From: Euprymna scolopes
Lineage: Eukaryota
Assembly: GCA_053919585.1 (NCBI GenBank)
Contig: CM132796.1
Length of the DNA: 64,000 nucleotides
Strand: one strand, 5' to 3'
The notes under the pieces are model-generated. The model was given only the letters and a program-made list of their open reading frames with translations, did not search any database and was not told the DNA's origin. The translations under genes were made by a program, and so were the position numbers. The first letter of the stretch is position 1; the number at the start of each line of letters is the position of its first letter. Shown piece after piece: positions 25,901 to 40,154 of the stretch.

Positions 25901-27834
25901 TCTCGAGTCAGGGGTTACATTCGGCTGACTTTTTTCGAACTTCCTTTTGCGGTTCCTCGGTTCGTATTCGACATTCCGCTAACTGTTTTTGCAATTCATT
26001 TTGTTGTTCCTCGAATGGTGCCTGACGCTTTGCGGCATTGATATGCATCTTGCTCAAATGTGCCAATGCTACTTTCAATTCGTCTATTTTTTTTGTCAGC
26101 GTTAGGAATTTCAAAACGTTCGCTGAATTTTACAAAACCGTTTTATTCTTATTAATTTCTTCTTCCAGACAATAAAACAAACAAAAAAAAATATATAAAA
26201 AGTTCATTGTCTTAGGAAAAAAATCAAGTGTATATTTTGCTCCAGAGAAAAAAAATAACGCCCGATTTTAGCAGCGAAAACCACAAGTGACGAATACTTT
26301 TTCCAAAAGTATAAAAGTTTACCTTTCTAAGTCGCGACGAACCTTTTTCTTTTTGCAAAAATACAGCGCTAACTTTTTTTCTTTTCGACTCTTTTTTTTC
26401 CGTAATGATCTGCATTTTTTTTTAATTACCGTGAACATTTCCGTTGCAAGTGTTATGTTAGACACTTCCTTAGGCTTCATAACACTTGCTTTTGACGTCG
26501 TTTGTATTTTTAGAATACCATTTGAACGTGAGTATTTTTTTCAAAGTCGTTACTGGTTTCGATTTAAAGTATGCTCCTTTAATCCAATGTCGCCAGTGTT
26601 TAGTTTTTTTAGGACACTGTTTTTAAACGTGAGTACAGTCTCCGAATCACATGTGGCCAGTGTTATGGCTTGCAATAAACCACAAAGAAAACAGAACAAC
26701 GGAATAGAGGTTAAACAATGTATTACTGGAGCAACAACGTGAAAAGGTTACAACTGAACAGAGTAGTAAACTTCACCGAGCAGGCGAGGGTCCCTCTTGT
26801 GTTTAATCCCCAGATCGGGTCAAAAGGTCTATGGTTTATATAATGGATAGAGCAGTCGATTTGGAGGGTGAAACCTCCACAATGAATTGCTTACTGCAGG
26901 AAAATGATAAACATAATAAGATATTATCATATAAAAGCACACTAATAACGTATATGTGCTGTGAAGACAGATATACAGTGATAAATAATCGCTATTATAT
27001 ATGTATATATATATATATACGTGTATATATATCTATATATATATACATGTATATGTATATTGTTAAGAATGTTTATCGATAGAAGCTTAGCCAGATTTTT
27101 CGACAAACTGACAGTACTTCAATTATAAAGCAGTCAGGTTATGTTAAAAAACGAGACAATATGAGTAAATTAATCAAACAACCAGACCGTTTAGTAAAAA
27201 AAAAAAATCCTGAACTGTTTCGATTAGTGAAATGCGATTTTAGTGACGATATTAAGTCTGACAACAGTTTCATGGCTTTAAATCTGAAATGACTGAAATG
27301 CTGTTCGTACAATATATATCTATAATCACAGACTTTTAAAATTATTCCAAACAAAGCACATTGCAATTGGAATGTAAGATGTTATACTTACATAGAAATT
27401 ATGTATAATAATAAGTTAGAAGAGTGATATATGTTCGTACTACATTTAAATATAATAATGTAAGTACATTATTGAATGTATGTCTCTGGTATGCCCGATA
27501 ATTTACAGACTTTTAAGATTTTCAAAAATTTCATTTTATATATGAGTTTACATTTGATATAAAATAAATAATTCTATTAACAGTTAAAAAGAAACCAACA
27601 AAAGCACAATGACTAACTCTATCAGGGAGTGACATTTTAACTTCCAAGTATATTTGAGATTATATACAATGCTTGACGCTAGAGAATTTTGGACAGTGCA
27701 GGTGCGTGATGTGGTAAGTCATTGCCTAAGAATAGGCTTATCCAAGATTGTTAAGTACAATCTACACTATCGTAACCGATGCTGAACTTTGTCACGGGTA
27801 TTAAGAAAAATAATAAAAAAGTGTAGGTTGAATT

Positions 27835-28980
27835 CGGAATGCTAGGCGCACAGTCTCTCTGATAGGTCCATAAGAGTAGTGGTTGATGGGCAGAAATCAG
27901 AGGTCCACAGTATTAATGCTGGAGTCTCCCAGGGGTCAATCCTGGGCCCAACTCTCTTCCTGATCTACATCAATGATCTCAAAAAACCCATACTTAAATA
28001 ATTTGTTGACATCTATGCTGATGACACGACCATCTATGGCAACACATCTAAGGCCGTAAATGGCAAAGTTCTCTCTAATTCTCTCTCCTCTGATATTGAG
28101 CGCGTGGTACGATGGGAGAAAAGGTGGCAGGTCCCTTTTAATGCATCACAAAATAAGCTTCTATCTCTACATCATCAACGTTCTGATCCCCATCTGGCAT
28201 CAATTGAAATGGATGGCTCTCGTCTTGGGGAAGCTCCATGGTTTGACAAGCTTCTGGGTTTTACCTTTACTCCTGATCTGAAATGGAACACGTACATGAA
28301 ATCTGTTGCCAGGGACGCTGGGAAAATGGTGGGATCCTTCTACCGCTCCAGAAGATATCTCACTACTGATGCAATTCTGTACCTGTATAAAAGCCAAGTG
28401 CGTCCAAGGATCGAATACTGCTGTCACATCTGGACAGGAGCTGCTAAAAACAGCCTATCCTGCCTTGACAGAGTACAAAAAAGATTTCCTGGTTTGGTGG
28501 GGGACGCCATTTTCTCTTCTCTGCAGCCCCTCTCCCACAGAAGAGACGCTGCGAGCCTGTATTTGTTTTATCGTTATTTCCATGGCAATTGTTCGTCTGA
28601 GCTCCAATCTCTCGCCCACCCTCGCCAATCTTTCACGAGAAAAACCCGTCTTGCTGAAACTACTCTCAATAATTTTCCCCACTCTTTATCTGTGCCTAAA
28701 TACAAACGTAGATTCCATTAGCAGATCTTCTTTTTCAGAAGTGCACGATTGTGGAACTCTCTTCCGTTCGCCTGTTTCCCACCTGACTACAACTTGGATG
28801 TCTTCAAATCCAACATAAAAAAATCCCAGACAAACCGCCCCCTTAAGTAAGACACTCTATCAAATCTCCAATATTATTGATTACTACAATACTATCTCAT
28901 TGCGTACTGTAAACGCAATAACCCTTATCGCTGATTGGCCTCCAGGTTTTGATAAGTGGTGACCCTCATGTAAAAGAAAC
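27835..28980 (+). mobile_element. 5'-truncated CR1-group LINE (RT domain plus 3'UTR), frameshifted
   Basis: RVVVDGQKS..INAGVSQGSILGPTLFLIYINDL, YADDTT, ORF 28104-28721 (LYLYKSQVRPRIEYCCHIW..LDRVQKR..LSHRR), SFF.R..RLWNSLP..FP..YNL..FKS. Confidence 0.95.
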
Positions 28981-29999
28981 AATCTATAATTGTAACTTTA
29001 ACTTATTGGCGTTACTATTCATTACTTTACTTTTAATGTAATTCATATTGTTTGTTTTCCCCTGATAATATTACTAGTAATATTTCTGCGTTCCCACTAA
29101 AAATTATTTTAAAAAATATTACATAGTGCGAAACATTATTTTATTATCGGGGATATTTCTTTGTTATATAGCATGTATCAAATGCTTTTTGAACTTCACA
29201 TTCAAATCCGCCTATAAATCGTGATATAAATTGTGTAATGATTTTGTGCAAATACGAGACAATGAACAGTACTTACGTGATCGTTGCTATTTGGTAGTTG
29301 TTCTTGTACGGAGGTTTAACGTTCAATCAACTTTACTGAAACGAGGGGTCGATTCTGAATTTCATCACAGCTGTTTAGGAGCTTAATACCGAAGCACCGC
29401 TAAATTTTATCATAACATGGTGAGCACAGAATCTTACAATTTAACTTCTCTTAGTATTTGATTTTATCTTCTATTTATTTTATTTTACATTGCTTTTAAT
29501 TTATTATTTTAAACTGCAACGCAATTAATAATCCTCGTCTTCAGTATTATATCGTTGAGCATAATTAATATTTTGATATGCAAAACAATATACTATGATT
29601 AGAATCGCAGAGTTTTTAAAGATTATCTACATTCATTATGATTTCAAATTACGTTGCCTGTTGAATTGGTTTTAGAAAACCAAATATAGATATAGTTGAA
29701 AAAAAAATATATATATATATAATTATAACTCCACAAATATAAAATAATTAAAAGTTTGATAGTCTGAAATATTCACAAATCCAGTATTATATTTGTTGTG
29801 CGTCAATAACGTGGTTTACCCGGTACTGAGTTGATCGAAACTTGTTTGTATCAAATTGAGTGCAAAGGGGATCAACGAAATGTTGCTGATGACACATATA
29901 AAACTTATCGCCTTTCATTTAAAAACGCTCACCAGCGTTGCTAGAAAGTGAGTCGGTGCATGCTTTTAGAGGGTTTATTTTCAGTTCGGAAGTTCAGTT

Positions 30000-30305
30000 T
30001 TTTTTGTTTTTTTTTCCTTGGGGTAACCAATTATCAAGGCCCGAAGGCCACTCAGGGATAAGGGTTGTTGCGTGTACATTAATCAATGAGATAGTATTGT
30101 AGTAATAATTAGTATTGTGGTTTTTGATATAGTGCCTTACTTAAGGGGGTGGTTTGTCAGGAGTGTGTTTATGTTGGACTTGAAGATGTCCAAATTGTAG
30201 TCAGGTGGGAAACAGGCAAGCGGCAGAGAGTTCCACCGGTGTGCACTTCTAAGAAAGAAGCTTTGCTCATGGAATCTACGTTTGGATTTTTGCACAGATA
30301 AAGTT
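30000..30305 (-). mobile_element. 3' fragment of the same CR1-group LINE with A-rich tail
   Basis: Reverse complement aligns with 28685-28980 (RRFHEQSFFLRSAHRWNSLPLACFPPDYNLDIFKSNIN). Confidence 0.9.
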
Positions 30306-31374
30306 CGAGTTTTCGAGTTGACAACAACCCCCTTCCTAAGGATAGTTATAGAACAGGGGCCCGATATTCGACTGTGCAACAAATAAAATCCTAATGGTCC
30401 AGAAAATGAGACTTGCTTTTGATTCAATGGAACGGACACGGTCAAGAGATTTGAAGAAGATATAAATAGGGATCGTTATGTTTTTATTTTCTGAACACCT
30501 CAAGGCGCTGCTATGGCAAAGATATAAACATTGACTCAAAATAAGGAGACCCTCTTTCCCTTCACCCACAACAGAACACATTGAAGAAGTTTGTTAAAAG
30601 ATGATAAAATTATCATGATCAAATCTTTATAAATTGTGTCATTAGAAGTTAAAGAAATTTTAGTTCTGATTATATATATAGAAAATGTAAAATATGCAGG
30701 TCTGCTAGGAAATGTATCCTGTATACTTATGAATATGCTGGTTCAGGCTTTAATATCTGCCTTGTCTTTGTTTTGTAATTGTGGTTATTTGTTTTGTTGG
30801 ACAACTCTACAGAATTTGTGACCTATTAACTTTGTCATAGCTAATATATTTTAATTAAAATAAGCCATTACTAAAAACGCGTGAACATTTATCGTGTGTT
30901 TTAAACGTACGGTAAAGAGATAAAGGAACGAAGCATAGATAGATAGAGAGGTGGATAGAGAGAAAAATAGAGGGAGAGAAACAGAGGGAAAGAGAGGCTG
31001 GTAGAAAATGTACTTTGGTAGTCATATTAAAAATACGCAGGGGAACTCGTAGTTTCTTGCTTGTCATGTTTTCTTATTGTCTTTGACACCGGCGTATTTC
31101 TTATCACTTGATCTATTGAGAAAGAATTATGACAATTGCTATTCTTACAATCACATTAGATTATAATACTTTATTTATGTTTGATAATTTTCAATTTGCT
31201 TGTTGTGTCTATTTTCATCACCATTTCAAACGTTTTTGAACATTTCTAACCATTCGATTCAAGAAGAATACTTTAATTAGCGTAGCGGAACCTCCATATG
31301 CAATATGGCTATTTTGCCTAAAAAGTGCGTTGTTTAATTAATCATTACATATGCATATGTTCCCACCCATTAAA

Positions 31375-31660
31375 TCCCGGTCCTGAATATGACCTTCAAC
31401 TATATCCAGCTTGCGGGATTTGAGGAGTGCGAAACCACCCTTTAATTGCTCCAAGGTCCACTCTGACCGGAGTGGTCGTACCTATTAGCGTCCCAACTCT
31501 TTGTTGAATAGAAACCGACTTGAAAAAAAATATATACTCTATGAAAATGTTTTTCTTCAAAATAACTGGATTTGGCGTCAAATAATCCGAAAAAGGGTAG
31601 ATATGCCAAAAAAAAACAGCACCATCCAACCACCCAACCAACCAACAAACCAATCAACTA
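31375..31660 (-). repeat. Interspersed SINE-like repeat beginning with (GGTT)n
   Basis: (ggtt)n-tggcatatctaccc..gccaaatcc..accactccggtcagagtggacc; structured and non-coding. Family not named. Confidence 0.5.
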
Positions 31661-32384
31661 ATCATTACCTTCCAAATTCTATTCTTTTAAATATCAAGTT
31701 GACAAAAATAAGTCGATGTGTTTCTTTGTAAATTATTAGTTTTCTATTTTATTCAAAATTCCGAATTTTAGGTCTTTATTTATTTACTTTTTTAGGGGAA
31801 CGCATATATGCACATACATTAAACTAACATACAGATATTTTTTCAAATCATAATTACTAATATGAATAAAGCATTTTAACTTGACATAATATAACAAAAA
31901 TACATAGATTGGCGTATGCTTATTTTCTCAAAGCACTAACCAATTTTTAAAGTCTATAGATTATTATAGGGTAATGGATAATTCATATAATATGATCACT
32001 GAAACAAGAACATAGTGATTTGTAATGGTGAAGATAAGGAATAATCATATTATTTAAAGAGACGTCTAAACAATAACCCATTTATTTGTGGCGGGAAGAC
32101 GACCATGTTATAGTCAGCTAGAAAAGCAGGCCGCATAAAAGAGTTTCACAATTGGCCAGTTTTAGGAAGAAATTTTGTTAATGGAATTCGAACTTAGTTT
32201 TAAGCCCGAATAGACATAAATATATTTTGTATTAACCTTTCAGCCCCCAGTTGCCCGAGTGTTGTAGGTGTGTGTTGAGCAAAAAAAAAAAGTGGTATTA
32301 GGAAGGCAGCCTTGGACCCGTATCGCAAAGGCGGAAAAGAACAGGAAAACCCCGACGTCTTTGTTTTTAGGACCATCGCACAAA

Positions 32385-32397
32385 CCGGAAGTGACGT
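32385..32397 (+). promoter_or_regulatory. ETS-CRE composite motif CCGGAAGTGACGT
   Basis: Exact 13-mer within a locally CpG-richer patch (32240-32470). Function untested. Confidence 0.3.
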
Positions 32398-32961
32398 AGG
32401 TTTTAATTAAGGTTAGACAACCGAAAGAGGAGAACGGCTTTCGATAATATCGGTGAAAATGCCACCCCCTGTAGAAAAGTTGAAGGTGAAGATAGAAATG
32501 CTTTTTCTATGAAGAAACCTTAGAATAATTTCTGATTGATTTTTGGACTGGAGGAACAGGTAAATGCATTTTGATACGTGGGATATATTCATTATGCCAT
32601 TATTAATTGAAAACTCCGAGTAAGAGAAATAAATATGTATACTAACGTGGAGATTTTTTCGCAAAAGTTGGAGGAAAATGTGGATAGTTATTCGAAGTTG
32701 CGAATTGACGCAGTTAAGCTAACGTCTTATAAGTTGTTAATATTAATAACTGCAACGTAAGGATGTAACACTGTTAACATAGTTATATATTAACGACCAG
32801 GTTCTCCGACGTTGCCCGATCGTAAAATAGGCAGAACAATTATATTTTAATTCATGCAGATTTATCGTGCATAATTATGGAGTCAATACTCTATTCATCA
32901 TTAATCAATGTATATTAATGGTGTCAAAAGTAAATCAACACCTGAATGGTAAGCGCCCCAG

Positions 32962-33149
32962 TTGTACCTATTTACAATGTCTCCCGACGGGACAGAGTTA
33001 GACACCAGGGTCGTTTTTTTTAACGTGGAGAAAAGGTACGAAAACAAAAATTGCTTCAGTCGTGAAGGATTTCTCCTCCACTGAAAGAGAACGAGAAATG
33101 GAAGTGCCGCATCTGAAGAACAGATAATACACTTTGATCTTGACCAAAG
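32962..33149 (-). mobile_element. U2-headed SINE-like family B, copy 1
   Basis: Minus strand reads ctttggtcaagatcaaagtgtattatctgttcttcagatgcggcac...; aligns over its length with 63687-63861. Confidence 0.85.
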
Positions 33150-33230
33150 TATTATTTGTTTTTCCACATTATTTTTTTATACAAATATTCAGATATGCTT
33201 TTCGTAAATATTTCGCACACGAATCGGCAA

Positions 33231-33274
<44 letters not shown>

Positions 33275-34419
33275 ATGTATATATGTGTGTATATGTGTGT
33301 GTATTATGTATATACTGTACACAAATAGACAGATAGATATTCATATAGGAAAAAAGAGAAGGACATATTAAAATAAAAAAAATAGATAGAGGGAGTGATA
33401 TAAAATATTTCTGTGAGCTTAAATGATTTAATAAAAAAAAACTTTACGAAATTATGCACAATGTAGGGACTATGCATGGAAAGGAATTTAGCGTAATTTT
33501 TTAATTAAATCTTTTATCTAAGAATAGACCAGGGAAATGCATATTTAATTAATGATGGTGATTTGAGTGTAATATGCGAATTAATCAACATTTATGTCAT
33601 CGCTCGCATATATATGAGCATGTTAGGAAGTTCGTTTTTATGAGTGTTAAATTTAAAAATAAGCATTGAATATAAATGTTTATACAAAAAATCAATTGTT
33701 ATGTGTATATTTAGATTACTCAGTTCTGCCATCGTATACACTTAAAGTGATAAATCGCATGTAAAACCACACATCGATCGATATATTTGTGAATCTACTC
33801 ATCAAAAAATATCTAAAAAAATTTTAATGGAATTTTCTATTTAATCACATGTTACAGAAAACATCTATAAAGAATAAAATTACTTGAACACATAAACACC
33901 GCTTCAATACATTTACATCTAACATTAAATATTCTGTTAACTGATCTGTTTAATAATTATACATGATACAACCTGTAAGGTATTGAAAGTGTGATATGCC
34001 AACTAAATATTTAAAGTGCTTGGTTTTCTAATTAAAAGTGTCAATGTTTTGTGACGAAATTAAAGTGGTATCTGACAAAATACTTTTCTAAATGGGGCTA
34101 TACATTATTGGGTAGAGATGACACGTGTTAAACATTACTTCATTTATATGAGAAGATTCAAGACCAACTGATATCTAGAGTGCAAAACACTAGTTTTATT
34201 GTGATTAACTAAATTAATAATCAGAATAAATTCTTCAGAATCGGGTGTATAACAAAAGTTTCCCTCAAGCTACATATATCAACTTTCAAAAAAGTTGAGA
34301 TAATGCACTGAGATAACAGTCCTCCTATAAAGCACTTTCACATAAACTTTGGTATTCAGGCCAACTTACCAAAAATGAAAACATTGATATAATTTTATAT
34401 TTCTATATCTATATGTAAG

Positions 34420-34421
<2 letters not shown>

Positions 34422-34489
<68 letters not shown>
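34422..34489. repeat. (TA)n microsatellite, representative of more than 25 such tracts in the window
   Basis: Seen directly; similar tracts at 2120, 4493, 7528, 8701, 12137, 21034, 40016, 43435, 58828 and 61291. Confidence 0.95.
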
Positions 34490-34491
<2 letters not shown>

Positions 34492-37094
34492 TAAAAAGCT
34501 ATGTGAGATACATCGGCTAATGTCTCTATGTTAAAATCTGATTATATATGTAGTTTTAAACTCTAAGTATAATTTTTTTCTGCTAAATCTAAAGTAGATG
34601 TTTCACTATATTTCCCTCGGAATGATTGATCGATCACGTATATCAGAACGTAATAACAAAATGGAAAGAAGAGATCATACTGCAAATTAAGAATGCAAAT
34701 ATTTGTCTTTGGAGAGAAAACGTCTGGAACAAATTCCAACTTAGTGAAACTAATCAACAAATAACACAGTGTATTACAAAAAAGCAGAAAAAGTAATTCA
34801 ATAAAATACATTAGCGTCAATTTGCTGAAAGCGTACGAGAGGACAATTCTTTATACGTTTGTCGAATAGTCGAATAGTTCTTTTACTCTACGTTATTTTT
34901 TGTAGTTGCTTTTACGCTATTTTTATATTCTATTTTCCCCCATATTTCATAAATTTGTCTTTGAGTGTAAATTTTATATAACTAAATTTCGTCTTAAAAT
35001 TACAGTAGTTTTATCATTGGACTAACAAGCTTGTTTAAAATTGTGCCTCTCACAATATGCACACTATCATTTATACCACATGCCGCTATTATGGTTTGTT
35101 AAATTGTCGTAATACGAAAGCACTAAGGTATTATCATGAGTTACATGGATTTAATAGTTGGATACTAGGGTTTGAAGTAACTTGAATGCAGAGTATTCGC
35201 TCGTGGGGCATTAAAACATTGGTCTATTACACTGCACTTGGTGAAGCAACACAAAATCTTACCACGCGCTATCTCTGAAAGTAAATTTCTACCAATAATT
35301 TCGATCCTAGTGAAAGGACTTTTCCATTAAGGAACATTTGTAGCGACATTATAATCAGTAGTAGGTGTTGCTGTGATCTAATTTTAGGAAAATATTTAAA
35401 GCACTATAAAGAATAAAAAGGTATGATAGGGGTAAAAATTATGGTCAACCTATTTTCGTAAAACACGGGTCAAATATTGTCATCTGTACAGGATCCTACA
35501 CTTAGTAAATGAAGGAATATTTTATATAACAAATTATTTAATGAGATCTGCATGTAGGTAGCCTATAGTTACAATTAGATATGCAATTATACAAGGGTCG
35601 TCCTAAAGTTAAATGTTCCTGTTTCTTTTAATCGAAAAAATTTGAAGAGTAATAAAGATGTGAGTTTTAACATTAAACGAGACACAATTTTATGCTCCGT
35701 AATTTATTTTTTCTACATAGCATTCTTAATTACCATTGAGCTTCTGTTAGCGATGAAGGGTGTTTGTCATGACGGTTTGTAGCGCACTTTATTATACGAT
35801 GGCTTTTCGAAAAGTCAAGGCTCCTATTTTTTTTAACTCTAAATGTTGAAAAGCTTGGAAGGCAGGAGTGGCACGATTAATACAAGTAATATTTCTTGCT
35901 CCAGAAATTAGTTCTCTACATAGTAGCTACAACACTAATCCCACTTTACCTAGAAATTACACATAGCTACTACTCAGAAATGCGCATACTTTGATTTCCT
36001 AATTCTCCCTCCGTTATCATCTGAAACAGATTAAAAAATTCAGGTCATGAATGTATATCTTAACTCATCACAATAATGCAATTTGCTACCGCTTCTGATC
36101 TATTCGAACGACATTAAAATAGGACAAATTTCNNNNNNNNNNNNNNNNNNNNNNNNNNNNNNNNNNNNNNNNNNNNNNNNNNNNNNNNNNNNNNNNNNNN
36201 NNNNNNNNNNNNNNNNNNNNNNNNNNNNNNNNNNNNNNNNNNNNNNNNNNNNNNNNNNNNNNNNNNNNNNNNNNNNNNNNNNNNNNNNNNNNGACTAACT
36301 GGTTCGCTGTATCAAAGCGCCTCTATACCGGTCGATTAGCAACGATCACAAGCTTGTTTTTACATCGGAGGCTACGTATCGTTTGTTCCCGGATGCCAAT
36401 CTAGAATAATAACACAGATATATGTAGATGATGAGAAAACACGAGTCCTGTAAAAATAATGTAGAGTTCAATTATTTCAAGACGGCTCGGTCGAATGTTA
36501 TTTATATTGAATTTAATGATGACCATGCCATCATAAACCGGGCAGAACATTCAAAGTATCCTGTTTCACAGTCGAAGAGTTTTAGGAAATACTCTCTAAT
36601 TATGGAATGTTTTGTTTAGTTTTAGGCGATGAAAGAGAGTATTGAAATTGTTGGCACATGTTGCAAGTGGGATTTTATTTGCATTTTACGAAGTAAAATC
36701 ATAGTACTTCTCATCAATGTAACGATAGAAGAGACACAGGCTCTCTACATCTTTCTTTGAGAACGGAGAAGAACTCATACATTATAACATTACGAAGAAC
36801 TCATACACTACAGCATTACGCAGACAGTTTTGTACTCTGTCTTACCAGGAAAAGTTTCTGCTTGAGGTTTGACCTAGGATATGCCAACAGCAAACAATCT
36901 TTGGTCGTATTTGACTGTTGTATAGGTAGAGAATATAGTTGAAAGCTTGAACCTTTAAAGCATTACACCATTTAAATAAAGATATTTGCAACATTTCTGG
37001 TAGAGATCTATTTTATGTCAAGTGTAAGAACAGATCGTAGTATTTTGTCAAAACAATATACATCTTCAAGAGAAGTTTACTTGAATTGGAAAAA

Positions 37095-37525
37095 GACAGG
37101 ATGTAAGCGTTGTTGATAAAGCTTCAACCTCTGTCCCATCGATGAAATGTTGCATTTCTCTGCCTGTTCTATAAACATTTTTATGCTAGGTGTTTCCACG
37201 AACTACAATCCTTTGTATCCTTCGATATAAATCCCCCGAAAAAACCGACAAGCCGCTAAATCCCCATTTCTATAGAGTAGAGATCCCTGAATGTAAGAAA
37301 ACCTTTTACTCTAATAGTTTCTTCCCAAGCACTGCTAGATTTGAAAATCTATTCGAGGTTCCTGCTTTCCCGTTTGTACTGACATGCAGAAATAAAGTGT
37401 ACTGTGAACATACATCTAACTGATCCACTCCCAACTTAGTCCTCTGCAAAGTATTTCATTGATAGTAGTCCCCTACATAAAAATGGCATTGTACCTTGTT
37501 TGGGGTGAAATTGTGATAAAAAAGT
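37095..37525 (+). mobile_element. Decayed CR1-group LINE 3' end (different family)
   Basis: LQPLSHR..VAFLCLFYK and HFYRVEIP..KTFYSNSFFPSTAR..PAFP. Confidence 0.7.
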
Positions 37526-40014
37526 TGACTCAAAGGTGGATCCATGAGCCATGCAACAGTAATACTGTTAGCCTTGAATTTCTACGCAACAATGACTATA
37601 TTTATAGCTCTTGATGAAAAAAATAGAATTTTATGTTTTAGACGACATTTTAAGCTATAAGTCTAGAAATCTTATGAAGTATACATTTCTGCTGCACGAT
37701 ATTAAATTATTTGGATATATTAAGACCTATTGCTCTAGAAACAACACCATCGTCAATAGATTCATTGCCGCTGTGTTATAGTACAGTTAGTACACTAGCT
37801 GTTGATCTCTCCACGCGGAAACCATATTTTATGTTGTGGAATATGTAGTTTCAGCTGAGATGGTTGACAACTTCTCTAGTTACCACAGACTTTAGTAACT
37901 TACTGCTGACGCACAGCAGGTTGGTTGGTCTGCACCGAGATTCAGCAGAACGAATTCCTGTATTTTTAAATACTGGGTAGACTGTCGAGGTTTTTCAACA
38001 TATTTGGAGAACATAATTCCGTGAGGGAATGTTAAAAGAACTTTTGTTTTGATAGTAATTTCCGGTTGGATCCTACTGAGCAGATTGATTAGATTTTTTT
38101 TTCAGAGCCAGTGGCTTTGTTGGAATAAATGTCTTGAATGAATTGGAAAATATCGCGAGAGTTAAAAACCAGAGGGTAACAGACAATTACCACATAGGGG
38201 CATTGAGGAATTTGATGCAAACTGCTTTGCGAAAAGTTTGGATCTGTTATATTCTGAAGTCATGACATAAAGTTTATTAAGTATTGCTATGCTGCTTGTT
38301 AAATGCTAATTGCTATCCACAAAATGCCGTTAGTAGCTAGACGCTGCTTATTTTCATTATTTTCCATAACTAATATAAAGTTTGCTATCACTCCAGAATG
38401 TGTTTAAAAACAATTAGGCTTATTAGTACTCATAGAAAAGAAAATATTTAAAGATATGCATTGCACGGTGAAAAAAATCTATCAGAATGACATAATCGAT
38501 GTGCAGTATTTCTTTATGCCTATTTATTAACGTGTTGACTTCGAACCGGTCGGACGGATTAAAAAAAAATAATTTCACACGAATGTACTTGATGTATCTG
38601 GGTGTGTCGTCGTGTAACCTTTTTAGTTGGAATGCTCCCGGTAAATATCGGAACTAGATGATTTAAACAATTTTATTTAAGAGTAAAAGTCTGATTTTGA
38701 CCATAGTAAACATTTTTATTAAGCCAAAGTCAAAAGTTTATCTGATAGCTCTATCACTGCACCAAGGAGACAAAACTCTAAATAAAAATGTAAAAAAGAG
38801 GCGCTTCAAAATGAATGTTTTCGTTTCAGATTATGATTTAAACATGAAAGTTTACATTTGTATGTTTAAGTTTAATTTAAGTAAGTATATACAAATAATT
38901 TCATAAAATCAATAGTACTTTATGTGATAAGAGAGTGGCATCATGTCTAAAACAAATACTTCTTTTTAAATCCCAATTAAACCATTGTAAATTTTATTTT
39001 GATTGAAAAATAGGAGATTTCACCAATTTCATTGAGTATAAAAATATAGAATTGTGTAACGTTTGTTAATTACATTAATATCCATCTAGGACGAGTTTTC
39101 CTGCTGTATAATGGTTAGATCAGCTGATCTAATAGAAAGATTACGTTCATACAGACTAGAAAATATATGAGAAAACTGGTCTCTTTAATAGTATCTCAGG
39201 ATTTAGAACTTGATAATATGGAGAACGGTTTATATAAGGTTTCTCACATAGTAATCGGTAAGCGTTGAATCTACAATGATCTAATTTGAGGTCGATAAAT
39301 CATATCACTGATTTACAGGATTAGCGCACGTAAAAGATATTTAAAATGTCTTCATACGAAAATTAATAAAGACATTTCAAGTAATTTATTTGCTTATTTA
39401 TAAAAAAGCTAGGTGCGTGTATAGCTGAATATTCCTATAGCTGATTTAGTTGAGGTATGCATATGTGTAAATATGAACTACAACAGTAGAATAAAAATAA
39501 ATATATTTGATATTCGTTTACATGTCGTATAGTGAGGGAAGTATTAAAGCAGCCCTTACATAGTAAGGTGGAGGCAGATATTGTCCTTATAACTTGATCA
39601 GATATAAACGTATGCCTGTTTTGTATGTTTGTTTAACCAGGTATGTGATAGTGACGTATAAACTGAGTCATGGTGTATCAGAGAGTTCTCACACAGGTAT
39701 ATATTATATAGTTCATATAGAAGACAAATAATATATGCTTCATACCTTTTTTCTTCAAGAGTTCTTATATCATCCTACTGAGCTGGGTATATTGATTTAA
39801 CATGGTAATGTAAAAGACATATTATTTGGAAAATTAAACTGTCACACCAAAATGATAGAGCAATTCTTATATTCACAATACAGTAATTTCACAATATTAA
39901 TGTGGCTAATATTTTGAAATGAGGTTCTCGGTAATTCATCTTTACACGCCTCGATGATTAGTTAAGACTTTATATTAAATGCACCGAAACGGATGTAAAG
40001 AAGACAACCAACTA

Positions 40015-40081
<67 letters not shown>

Positions 40082-40106
40082 AAACAGATGTATAAAACGC
40101 AACCAA

Positions 40107-40154
<48 letters not shown>

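Noticed and set aside
25230-26900. Possible Gypsy gag/LTR or LINE ORF1 remnant (coiled-coil ORF 25908-26114)
   Set aside because: No diagnostic motif, PBS or paired LTR found.
29944-29960. gaaagtgagtcggtgc resembling the tracrRNA/sgRNA 3' end
   Set aside because: Short partial match with none of the remaining scaffold; chance.
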